This document shows positions 39,601 to 47,528 of a stretch of DNA of 55,335 nucleotides, in pieces (positions within the stretch are counted from its first letter, which is position 1; each line of letters starts with the position of its first letter). The notes beneath the pieces were generated by a model. It was not told where the DNA came from. It made no database searches and saw only the letters and a list, made by a program, of their open reading frames with translations. Location: positions 1 through 55,335 of the IMG/VR virus record IMGVR_UViG_3300025782_000015; one strand, 5' to 3'. A program made the position numbers and the translations under genes. The DNA is from a virus. Lineage: Duplodnaviria > Caudoviricetes.

Positions 39601-39857
39601 TCGGTACAGCAGGGCAAGCACGTGGAGAACCTGGAAAGAGTCAAAAGGCTCCTTTGAAAGGTCTAATGGTAGGTGAAGAGAATGTTGAAGAAGAAAAAAT
39701 TAAAGGTGTAGATGGTAAGGCATGCTGGAAGGGTAAACGCTATGCAGGCCGAGTGAAAAAAGCAGATGGTACTTATAAGGATAAATGCATTCCTATAAGT
39801 GAAGAAGTTGAAAGCATAATGAGCAGTTTGATCAGCTTGTTAGAACATAAGAAATGA
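36624..39857 (+). CDS. multidomain nucleotidyltransferase polyprotein (Pol-beta-like + ligase-like + HIGH-family)
   Basis: GSS...GDID...QVD; KVDG...EGIVI...IK; GSF.GHIGH...IMVGED...SFTKLR. Confidence 0.7.
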   Translation: MFLNEIFKRKLTEGGNLSSHDITGKPTVGYTQGVPGTHVAEKIDAKNRSAMVPVVKQLLVDINNTFARQYGRHIWSPELIEKEVHTFISGSSKWFMFLRQPNPSFDPRQPESENNPKEIGITDEQFRRVKKKVGDIDTQIDRRLEPQLTEFIQKNNGKNIGSATLIGYKKGSDQWLAHWRIHEPPITLQVDLEFSDYTTDARGFEIPTEWAQVSHGSQIEDLENEIKGVFRQWLYRSLAKVPPSTKEKDDGTTNTQEKYIAKVTGAGKNKAMRVFGGDDGKEQVTDFDNPPPPYHDANFSFAVASVGGGGVRAKYREPNEDENVPKEINGVPVLVPLKPDESEYIKDMSQQFEQFFGVLPTGNEQRMMHSLVGTVSLMQDHMDEAQHQVAVKEFINLCFGKAAQMIEADDPTSDFKIKIIAIDYLLDNLGMKQMRPQVLEMAKQYEQAYHAKKGGDQLNEAEEPAVKAQLRKGMPHLHDLKSADFLDLLDEIHDGNGNFKLQNIPLNVKVDGFGGRFGKNAEGKPFMGTSRTEPRYEPGFVAYHEKKGTTDPEILGRAKTFDDLFEEMMKAIKLVDSKLGPDFLVDKQVTCEVLFLPFATETPEGKLKFVGIHYDKLPKGVQLALVPFHIVQAKTGEPLPDGDKYIDKLLSVGQSGSVMFINNRLTQNEALDVTALVPPLENIEQMKAMLASKKRDQAAEVKAALEPVKIALEKAIIEDPNIVGKEMLGKDYEGIVINSRLGPIKVTSQEQRDVISAKNAAKASARTERPRGENKTAVVAIGSFVGHIGHEQLFDYTIKKAQQVGGDPYLFIGNAEGKKDPIPVADKVKTWHMMYPQYANNISTVTHEGGTLLQKIKHELINPLPGKPPRYDNIIIMVGEDQAGLTMPQALMKAVNKFPGYEHVKVHLEVTPRGTGMSFTKLRDILKDPNATPEQQLKVWCQGFDVKKLGVKWIAHLMALTKHGMGIADKQPEPVGERMLPKKAFAGSNKNKLGTAGQARGEPGKSQKAPLKGLMVGEENVEEEKIKGVDGKACWKGKRYAGRVKKADGTYKDKCIPISEEVESIMSSLISLLEHKK

Positions 39858-40156
39858 AACAGTTTAAAATCACTTCAGAACACTTAAATACAGATAGCGC
39901 AGATGATTGCTATCTAGATCCCAAAGATCCTGTGAATGAATTAAAAGTTGTACAGTATCTAGCAGGACTAGGATCAGAAGCCAGACTGCAAGAATACAGA
40001 GTAAAAACAGCAGAAGATACAGGCGGCAGTAATATAACAAAAACTGCCAACGAAAATGCCCGTATTATGCGTGAACAAAATATTAAACCAGGCACACCAG
40101 AATGGTTTAAACTATGGTTTAGTAGACCATTTATGACAGGTGAGACAAAAGAGTGA
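39854..40156 (+). CDS. hypothetical protein
   Basis: ATGA overlap; IKPGTPEWFKLWF. Confidence 0.7.
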   Translation: MKQFKITSEHLNTDSADDCYLDPKDPVNELKVVQYLAGLGSEARLQEYRVKTAEDTGGSNITKTANENARIMREQNIKPGTPEWFKLWFSRPFMTGETKE

Positions 40157-40512
40157 AGATTAGAGATTTATTAATCGAACGAAAGCAAGAGGTACACCGC
40201 GATCAACAGAGTACTATTCCTAGTATGAGTAGTGTTGGTGTTCCTCCGTTACCTATGGGTCCTACTAATTTCTATCACAAATATCGCCTGGGTGTTATGA
40301 TGGCAGGGTCCCCAGATGACGTATTTGATTACCCGACCACTGGACAATTTGTTGATGATATGGTTATGGTAGGTTATAGCGAAGCAGATCGAGAAATCAT
40401 TGCAAAATCTATTACAAAATTTGGATATGATCCAAAAAAACTAAGCCCGGATGGTAGTGCAGAACCAGAAGGTACAAATACAGTTAGTCCGGTGAGTAAC
40501 TGGAACAAATAA
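40153..40512 (+). CDS. putative internal head protein, paralogue A
   Basis: MKIRDLLIE; YHKYRLGVMMAGSPD; SPVSNW. Confidence 0.7.
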   Translation: MKIRDLLIERKQEVHRDQQSTIPSMSSVGVPPLPMGPTNFYHKYRLGVMMAGSPDDVFDYPTTGQFVDDMVMVGYSEADREIIAKSITKFGYDPKKLSPDGSAEPEGTNTVSPVSNWNK

Positions 40513-40521
40513 GAGAGAGTT

Positions 40522-40899
40522 ATGAGAGCAAAAGAATTTATACACGAGGCCGCAAATAAAATGCAACAAGATGCGATCAACAGTCTTCCTAGTTCCCAAC
40601 GTTGGGATGCTTTGGACAACTCTAGTCCATATCACGCATATCGCTTTGGTGTTGCTCTTGCAGGCATGCCAGACTATCCAATGAACTTAGAAGGACCAGT
40701 TGGACAAAAAACTATAACAGTTGGTTACACAGAAGCTGATGATGAAATCATTTCCGCAACAGGTAAACATTTGGGATTCCAAGGTATTGTATTAACACCA
40801 CGTGGTAGCAAAGAATTAGCCGATACCCAAATAAAAAGCCCTGTAGCAAATTGGCAACAGAACGATGCCGAAAAAGCTAAAGTTGCAAAAAAGAAATAA
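40522..40899 (+). CDS. putative internal head protein, paralogue B
   Basis: MRAKEFIHE; YHAYRFGVALAGMPD; SPVANW. Confidence 0.7.
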   Translation: MRAKEFIHEAANKMQQDAINSLPSSQRWDALDNSSPYHAYRFGVALAGMPDYPMNLEGPVGQKTITVGYTEADDEIISATGKHLGFQGIVLTPRGSKELADTQIKSPVANWQQNDAEKAKVAKKK

Positions 40900-40917
40900 A
40901 GATGTTATAATGACATT

Positions 40918-41697
40918 ATGAAAAAGATACCAAAAATTTATTTAGATATGGACGGAGTACTAGCAGACTTTTTTACAGAGTATGCTAAACTTGCCGGTAT
41001 TACTAGCGGCAACTATAGAGATATTCCTCCCGCCAAAACAGATCCTACCCTAAACAAAATGGTAGGTACAGATTTCTTTGCGCGATTACCAGAATGCCGT
41101 AATGCTCAACAAGTAGTCGAGATGGCATTAGAGTTTGCCAAGTCCCATGGTGCTAGCGGTTACTGTATTTGTTCTAGTCCACTTCGTGGAGATCATAAGA
41201 ATTCCGAAGTCCAAAAGAAGATATGGATTAAGAAGCATTTAAGACCTCAACCAGTTGAAATAGTTATTGCGTCTGATAAGTCAAAGTATGCAAGACAAGC
41301 AGATGGCACACCTAACATCTTAATCGATGACAGAGGTAGCAACATCAGCGGATGGGAAGCGGCTGGCGGTATTGGAATCAAATATCAAGCAGATGAGGAT
41401 AGTCTAAAAACTATCGTCAAAGGTCTTAGCCGTGCTAACAAAATACTAAGTGGCGGCGAGAGAGAACCTGAAGATCAAGCAGACGACACACCGGCACCTA
41501 AAAAATCTCCATACTATGATTTAACAGGTATTGCACCCGGTCATCCAACTAGTGCGGCAGATGTTGCTGAAAATATCGGTGGTGCTACGACTGGCTCGGG
41601 CGCAGTAGGTAGTGGAGGAGGACCTGCTGTAGTTGTAGGTGGAAAAGGTAAGGGCAAAAGAGCCAAGGTAATTAGACGAGCTAGTCTAGTAGTTTAA
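40918..41697 (+). CDS. HAD-family 5'(3')-deoxyribonucleotidase-like protein with C-terminal extension
   Basis: YLDMDGVLADF, K..W, ILIDD; upstream TTGCAA-N17-TATAAT with ATG 7 nt after. Confidence 0.85.
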   Translation: MKKIPKIYLDMDGVLADFFTEYAKLAGITSGNYRDIPPAKTDPTLNKMVGTDFFARLPECRNAQQVVEMALEFAKSHGASGYCICSSPLRGDHKNSEVQKKIWIKKHLRPQPVEIVIASDKSKYARQADGTPNILIDDRGSNISGWEAAGGIGIKYQADEDSLKTIVKGLSRANKILSGGEREPEDQADDTPAPKKSPYYDLTGIAPGHPTSAADVAENIGGATTGSGAVGSGGGPAVVVGGKGKGKRAKVIRRASLVV

Positions 41698-41706
41698 GGA
41701 AAGAAT

Positions 41707-42810
41707 ATGATTAATGAACACAAAAAAGGCGTTAAAGCTATGAAGTACACTACAAAGCCACGCAACTTTGTCGCTAAGAATATGACAACTAGCGGTGCAG
41801 GTGCTCATAAAGATAAAAAGAAAGCCGCTAAACAAGGTGAAACAAAGCATAAGAAAAAAGAAGTTGTAGAAACTACTGATCGCAAATTAGCTCTTATGCT
41901 AGAACTATCATTAATGGAAGCAAAGATTAGCGAATTAAAACAGTCAACAAAAGATTCATATAAAGAAAAAGCCACTGCACAAGTAAAAGAATTAGAACCA
42001 CATGCCAAGAAAGGTGAGTATAAAGATATCGCCCAACGTGCTATTGATAGGCGTAAGAAAGGCCTAAAGCGTGTAGAGGAAGTCACAGGTGACCCCAAGT
42101 TTGACAAAATGCTTAAAGGTGTAACTGGTAAAAAAGCAGTAGCTAAACAACGAAAAGCAGATTCTCAACAACAAGCACGTCACGCTATAGACAGTATGTT
42201 TGGCGGAGGTAATCCTGCTGATAAACTCAGTATACGAAAGAAAGGTGTGGCGGAAGTAGCAAGTGCGGCCGCTGTACGTGGCGCTATAGCTATCAGTAAA
42301 CGAGAGTCTGGAAAATATACCAAAGATGGTAAGAGAAAGAAAAATGAAGGATGGACGCATGATAGTCTAGCCGCAGAATTATTTGAAACACCATCCTATG
42401 AAAACCGTCTACGTGAAATGCTAGAAGGTAAAATAGAATTCATGGAAGGTGGCACAGAAGAACGTGTTACTATGGCATCCAAAAAGCCAGGCAGTCATCA
42501 GCATTTAAATGATTCCGATCAAGGCAATATCGATGATATGGGATTAGCATCAGTACACCCAAGTGAAAAAGGTGACGAAGATGAATACGGTATGGAAGGC
42601 GAATATCTAAGAAATGAACTACATACCATTATGCGAGTATGTAAGCATCTAGAACACGCATTAGATGATGATGAGGATTTACCAACTTGGGTTATTGACA
42701 AAATGAGCCAGGCCAAGGGCATGATCGTTTCCGTAATGGATTATCTCATTAGCGAAAAAGAAGAAACTTTGGACAAAAAAAGCGGCAAAGAAGATCACAT
42801 GATGAAGTAA
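41707..42810 (+). CDS. charged, modular putative internal head polyprotein
   Basis: Repeated (V/L/I/M)xE or xE-G junctions separating basic and acidic blocks. Confidence 0.55.
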   Translation: MINEHKKGVKAMKYTTKPRNFVAKNMTTSGAGAHKDKKKAAKQGETKHKKKEVVETTDRKLALMLELSLMEAKISELKQSTKDSYKEKATAQVKELEPHAKKGEYKDIAQRAIDRRKKGLKRVEEVTGDPKFDKMLKGVTGKKAVAKQRKADSQQQARHAIDSMFGGGNPADKLSIRKKGVAEVASAAAVRGAIAISKRESGKYTKDGKRKKNEGWTHDSLAAELFETPSYENRLREMLEGKIEFMEGGTEERVTMASKKPGSHQHLNDSDQGNIDDMGLASVHPSEKGDEDEYGMEGEYLRNELHTIMRVCKHLEHALDDDEDLPTWVIDKMSQAKGMIVSVMDYLISEKEETLDKKSGKEDHMMK

Positions 42811-42817
42811 TCAATAC

Positions 42818-42869
42818 TTGACTTTGCTATCCGGTCTCCTGTATAATTAACAATACAGGAGATTTTTTT
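42818..42869 (+). promoter_or_regulatory. combined terminator / SD-masking hairpin with embedded sigma70 promoter
   Basis: TCTCCTGTAT/ATACAGGAGA 10-bp stem plus T7; TTGACT-N18-TATAAT. Confidence 0.8.
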
Positions 42870-43178
42870 ATGAGCAAAGTATTCGGAGCACCAGAGCAGG
42901 CAAAAATCAAGCAACTAATTTCAGAAGGTGTAACAGTACTTCAAGAAATTGAAGATTTGAATGAAGGCTTGAGCGATACAATTAAAGCTGTCGCAGAAGA
43001 ACTAGAAGTAAAACCTAGTATTATTAAAAAAGCGATCAAGATCGCACAAAAGGGCGATTGGGAACGTGTATTCACAGAGTTTGACGACTTAGAAACAATC
43101 GTCGATATCAGTGGACATGCTATTCGACAAAGCGATTATGATTCAGAAAATCCAAACCGCAGTACCGATAATGGTTGA
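42870..43178 (+). CDS. T4 DsbA-like double-stranded DNA-binding protein
   Basis: Helical pattern KIKQLI.E...I......D.I..VAEEL.VK.....KAI; SD AGGAG. Confidence 0.6.
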   Translation: MSKVFGAPEQAKIKQLISEGVTVLQEIEDLNEGLSDTIKAVAEELEVKPSIIKKAIKIAQKGDWERVFTEFDDLETIVDISGHAIRQSDYDSENPNRSTDNG

Positions 43179-43464
43179 CAATTTTTTAAAACCCACATTT
43201 GATTGGATCCGAGATGATTACTCTAGTAATAAGTTTCGTTTTTGTATTGAGTTGCTGGCTTGGGCTATCAGCATTGGCTGTAGCATTACAATGGCGTTCA
43301 CTGTACCCAACCCTCCGCTTCTTGTTTTGTATCCCGTTTGGATTTCTGGTTGCGCTATGTACGCTTGGGCTTCTTATACTAGGAAATCATTTGGGATGCT
43401 GGCTAACTACATCTTGCTTGTAAGCATTGATAGTGTAGGCCTAATTAGAATGCTGTTGAAATAA
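43171..43464 (+). CDS. three-TM membrane protein
   Basis: Hydrophobic segments; start ATG 43171. Confidence 0.65.
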   Translation: MVDNFLKPTFDWIRDDYSSNKFRFCIELLAWAISIGCSITMAFTVPNPPLLVLYPVWISGCAMYAWASYTRKSFGMLANYILLVSIDSVGLIRMLLK

Positions 43465-43472
43465 GGAAACTT

Positions 43473-44087
43473 GTGTTTAAATATTTTAATGGTCCTGGGG
43501 TTTTTATTGATAAACTAACAGACGAACAACTGTTGCCTATAGAGCAAGAAATATGTTCTATACAAAATGATTTTTCTAAAGCAACACCGTTTAACAAAAA
43601 TCTAGCAGGTAACATTAAAAAAGAATATCAGTTGTTTAGTAGTTTTAAATATTTAGAATCTTTAGTATCGCCGTATTGTATCGAATACCAAAAAGAATTT
43701 AATTATCCTGGGGCAGAAATACCATTGTTTTTAAACGGAGCATGGGTTAATTTTCAAACAGCAGGAGAATTTAATCCTATACACGACCACGTAGGTGTTT
43801 TTAGTTTTGTAATATGGCACAAGATTCCGTATTTAATAAAAGACGAAATAGACAACAGTCCAGGAAAAGATTCTAACTATAACGTAAGTGGCAATTTTAC
43901 TTTTTATTACACAGATACATTGGGCGATATAAAAGCATATAATATTCCGGCCGATCAATCGATGGAAAATAGTATAATGGTATTTCCATCTAAACTGAAG
44001 CACAGCGTTCATCCTTTTTATAGTTCAGATGAATATAGAATCAGTGTCGCTGGAAATTTTAGTGTCAAATTACCTAGTATAAAATAA
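43473..44087 (+). CDS. 2OG-Fe(II) oxygenase-like protein
   Basis: WVNFQ, NPIHDH, FPS.L.H.V.P, RISVAGN. Confidence 0.8.
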   Translation: MFKYFNGPGVFIDKLTDEQLLPIEQEICSIQNDFSKATPFNKNLAGNIKKEYQLFSSFKYLESLVSPYCIEYQKEFNYPGAEIPLFLNGAWVNFQTAGEFNPIHDHVGVFSFVIWHKIPYLIKDEIDNSPGKDSNYNVSGNFTFYYTDTLGDIKAYNIPADQSMENSIMVFPSKLKHSVHPFYSSDEYRISVAGNFSVKLPSIK

Positions 44088-44088
44088 A

Positions 44089-44718
44089 ATGCAATACGGT
44101 GTACAGTTATTCGATAATGTTGGTGCTATAAACGCACAACTGACTCCCCAACAACTTGAACCTGTTTGGGATGAAATAAAAGAAATACAATCGGATTGGA
44201 GTACTGCTAGTCCTGCAAATAAAGTGTTAGCAGGCAATATAGAACATGAATATAATTTAACCAAGTGCCATAAACACGTAGAAGAATTATTATTGCCTTT
44301 GGTATATGAATACGATCAAAAGTTTAAATTACTAGATGATTTTCATATAACAAGAACACAACCGGATATAGCACTTGCTAGTCTATGGGTTAATTTTCAA
44401 AAGAAACATGAATTTAATCCATTGCACTATCATGATGGCTTATTAAGTTTCGTAATATGGATGGATAGTCCGTTTGATATTCGAGATGAAATGTCCAGAC
44501 CTAGCAGTCTTAAGTCTAACGCTAACATACCGGGTCATTTTAGTTTAACCTATATTAATTCCGTAGGTAAATTAGGAATAGTAAATCTTCCAGTTGATCG
44601 ATCATGGAATGGCAGGATGTTGTTGTTTCAATCTAAGATGCATCATTGTGTATATCCATTTTATACCAGCGACGAGTATCGAATATCTGTCAGTGGCAAT
44701 TTTATATTTGACATTTGA
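44089..44718 (+). CDS. 2OG-Fe(II) oxygenase-like protein (paralogue)
   Basis: WVNFQ, NPLHYH, H.VYPF, RISVSGN. Confidence 0.8.
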   Translation: MQYGVQLFDNVGAINAQLTPQQLEPVWDEIKEIQSDWSTASPANKVLAGNIEHEYNLTKCHKHVEELLLPLVYEYDQKFKLLDDFHITRTQPDIALASLWVNFQKKHEFNPLHYHDGLLSFVIWMDSPFDIRDEMSRPSSLKSNANIPGHFSLTYINSVGKLGIVNLPVDRSWNGRMLLFQSKMHHCVYPFYTSDEYRISVSGNFIFDI

Positions 44719-44750
44719 TCAGTTAGAGTAAATAATAGTGAGTAAGGCAA

Positions 44751-44802
44751 AGCGAGCCATAAGTCGCTAAGAAGAAGGTTAGCCGGCCATAAGCGGTAGG
44801 AG
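44751..44802 (+). promoter_or_regulatory. tandem RNA hairpin operator upstream of DNA polymerase
   Basis: AGCGA-GCCATAAG-TCGCT and GCCG-GCCATAAG-CGGT, 30 nt apart, abutting SD AGGAG. Confidence 0.75.
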
Positions 44803-44808
44803 AAAACA

Positions 44809-47481
44809 ATGAGTTATGTAGATGCGATCTGGGATCGCGACAAAGATATCGTACGTGTTGTAGAACGAGATCCAAAAAAGGGCAGAATCTTTATCGATTA
44901 TCCCGCCCGTTATCAATTTTATTATCCAGACCATAAAGGAAAGTACACATCCATTTATGGCGAATCTTTAAGCAAGGTAACAACCAAAAGCTTCAAAGAC
45001 TTTATCAAAGAACAAAAAATCCACAGCAGTCGCAAACTTTATGAAAGCGATATCAACGCTGTATTCCGTGTACTAGAAGAAAAATACTTAGGTGTTGATG
45101 CACCTAAACTACATACTGCCTTTTTCGATATTGAGGTAGACTTCGATCCAGAACGTGGCTATGCAAGTCCAGAGGACGCATTCATGCCAATTACTGCGAT
45201 TGCTGTTTACCTGCAATGGATGGAAACAATGGTCTGTTTGGCTATACCTCCAAAGACATTGACTATGGCACAAGCACAAGAACAAGTCAAAGAATTTCCT
45301 AATACGCACTTGTTTGAAACAGAAGCAGAAATGTTAGATACATTTTTAAACTTGATCGAAGATGCAGACATATTAAGTGGTTGGAACTCGGAAGGTTTTG
45401 ATATTCCTTATACAGTTAACCGTGTTACTAAAGTGCTCAGCAAAGAAGATACAAGACGCTTCTGTCTATGGGATCAATTCCCAAAGAAGAGAGAATATGA
45501 AAAATACGGAAAGAGTGCAGTCACTTATGATCTTGTGGGCAGAGTACACCTCGACTCATTGGAACTATATAGAAAATACACATATGAAGAACGCCACACA
45601 TACAGACTTGATGCTATTGGCGAAATGGAAATCGGAGAGAACAAAACAGTTTATGAAGGAACTCTCGACCAGCTCTACAATAACGATTTCAGAAAGTTTA
45701 TAGAATATAACAGACAAGACTGTGCATTGTTGGACAAACTAGATAAGAAATTAAAATTCTTAGATCTAGCAAACACACTTGCCCATGAAAATACAGTATT
45801 ACTACAAACAACAATGGGTGCTGTAGCTGTAACTGAGCAGGCTATTATCAATGAAGCTCATCATAGAGGACTCATTGTTCCTAGTCGCCCAAAACGTGAT
45901 GACACAGAAAACAATCAGGCCGCAGGTGCTTATGTTGCATTTCCTAAAAAAGGATTACATGATTGGATTGGATCAATGGACATTAACTCACTGTATCCAT
46001 CTGTGATTCGAGCATTAAACATGGGTCCAGAAACTATCATAGGACAGCTACGCCCAACTAAAACTGACGAATATATCGAAGAACAAATGACCTTAAACAA
46101 AAAGTCGTTTGCCGCGGCATGGGAAGATAAGTTTGGTACGTTTGAATATGAAGCAGTAATGTCCCAAGATCGTGCGTTTGAAATCACTGTTGATTGGGAA
46201 AGTGGCGGTAGCGATACTATGAGTGCCGCTGAAGTTTATAGGATCATCTATGAAAGTAATCAACCATGGATGTTAAGTGCAAATGGTACAATCTTTACGC
46301 ATGAGTCAGATGGTGTTATCCCTGGCTTGTTAGCCCGTTGGTACAAAGAGCGTAAAGACATGCAAAAGAAACTAAAGGAAGCCATCGATGCTGGTAACAA
46401 AATTGAAGAAGAGTATTGGGATAAGCGGCAACTTGTTAAAAAGATTAACCTCAACAGTCTCTATGGTGCTATTCTTAATGCTGGTTGCCGTTTCTTTGAT
46501 AAGCGTATTGGTCAATCAACCACTCTTACTGGACGTCAAATCGCCCGTCATATGGCTAGTAAGATAAATGAAGTAATTACAGGCGAGTATGACTATAAAG
46601 GTAAGAGCATTATCTATGGTGATACAGACTCTGCTTACTTTAGCGCATACAATACCTTAAAGACTGAGATCGCCAAAGGACAAATTCCTTGGGATAAAGA
46701 TACTGTCGTTCAACTGTATGACACTATTTCAGATACTGTCAACGCAACATTCCCAGACTTTATGCTAAATGCTTTCCACTGTCCTAAATCACGTGGAGAT
46801 GTTATCAAAGCAGGTCGTGAAATCGTTGCTATCAAAGGCTTATTCATTACCAAGAAGCGTTATGCGGTTCTGTATTATGATAAGGACGGTAAGAGACAAG
46901 ACGTTGGCGATAAGCCAGGTAAGATTAAAGCTATGGGTTTAGACTTGAAGCGTTCAGATACTCCAGAATTTATGCAAAAGTTCTTGGAAGAAATTCTAAC
47001 AAACGTGCTTAATGGTGCAGAAGAAAAAGATATCCTAGACCGCATTATGGAATTCCGCACCGAGTTTAAAGCCAGGCCGGGTTGGGAGAAAGGTAGTCCA
47101 AAACGTGCTAACAATATTACCGACTATCAAGAACGTGAAAGAAAGACTGGAAAGATTACCATTCCAGGACATGTACGTGCTAGTATGAATTGGAATACCT
47201 TAAAGACCATGCACGGTGACAAATACAGCCAACAGATTGTTGACGGTATGAAAGTTATTGTTTGTAAGGTAAAAGATAATCCATTAGGGTACACAAGTAT
47301 TGCGTATCCAGTTGATGAATTGCGGTTGCCCAAATGGTTCCAAGAACTACCATTTGATCATGCAGAAATGGAAACTACTATTATCAATAACAAGTTAGAA
47401 AATCTCATTGGTGTGTTGGAGTGGGATTTGGCATCAACAGTACAAAACAACACATTTGGCAAATTGTTCTCATTTGATTGA
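44809..47481 (+). CDS. family B DNA polymerase (T4 gp43-like)
   Basis: Exo DIEVD; DINSLYPS, KINLNSLYG, YGDTDS, KKRY. Confidence 0.97.
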   Translation: MSYVDAIWDRDKDIVRVVERDPKKGRIFIDYPARYQFYYPDHKGKYTSIYGESLSKVTTKSFKDFIKEQKIHSSRKLYESDINAVFRVLEEKYLGVDAPKLHTAFFDIEVDFDPERGYASPEDAFMPITAIAVYLQWMETMVCLAIPPKTLTMAQAQEQVKEFPNTHLFETEAEMLDTFLNLIEDADILSGWNSEGFDIPYTVNRVTKVLSKEDTRRFCLWDQFPKKREYEKYGKSAVTYDLVGRVHLDSLELYRKYTYEERHTYRLDAIGEMEIGENKTVYEGTLDQLYNNDFRKFIEYNRQDCALLDKLDKKLKFLDLANTLAHENTVLLQTTMGAVAVTEQAIINEAHHRGLIVPSRPKRDDTENNQAAGAYVAFPKKGLHDWIGSMDINSLYPSVIRALNMGPETIIGQLRPTKTDEYIEEQMTLNKKSFAAAWEDKFGTFEYEAVMSQDRAFEITVDWESGGSDTMSAAEVYRIIYESNQPWMLSANGTIFTHESDGVIPGLLARWYKERKDMQKKLKEAIDAGNKIEEEYWDKRQLVKKINLNSLYGAILNAGCRFFDKRIGQSTTLTGRQIARHMASKINEVITGEYDYKGKSIIYGDTDSAYFSAYNTLKTEIAKGQIPWDKDTVVQLYDTISDTVNATFPDFMLNAFHCPKSRGDVIKAGREIVAIKGLFITKKRYAVLYYDKDGKRQDVGDKPGKIKAMGLDLKRSDTPEFMQKFLEEILTNVLNGAEEKDILDRIMEFRTEFKARPGWEKGSPKRANNITDYQERERKTGKITIPGHVRASMNWNTLKTMHGDKYSQQIVDGMKVIVCKVKDNPLGYTSIAYPVDELRLPKWFQELPFDHAEMETTIINNKLENLIGVLEWDLASTVQNNTFGKLFSFD

Positions 47482-47510
47482 TTGACAAATCTTCAAAATC
47501 TAAATATAAT
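47482..47510 (+). promoter_or_regulatory. overlapping sigma70 and late promoter
   Basis: TTGACA-N17-TATAAT with TAAATA at 47501-47506. Confidence 0.8.
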
Positions 47511-47528
47511 ATAAGAAAGGAATTTAAC

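Noticed and set aside
44809-47481. Intron or intein in PolB
   Set aside because: Continuous 890-aa ORF with normally spaced motifs.
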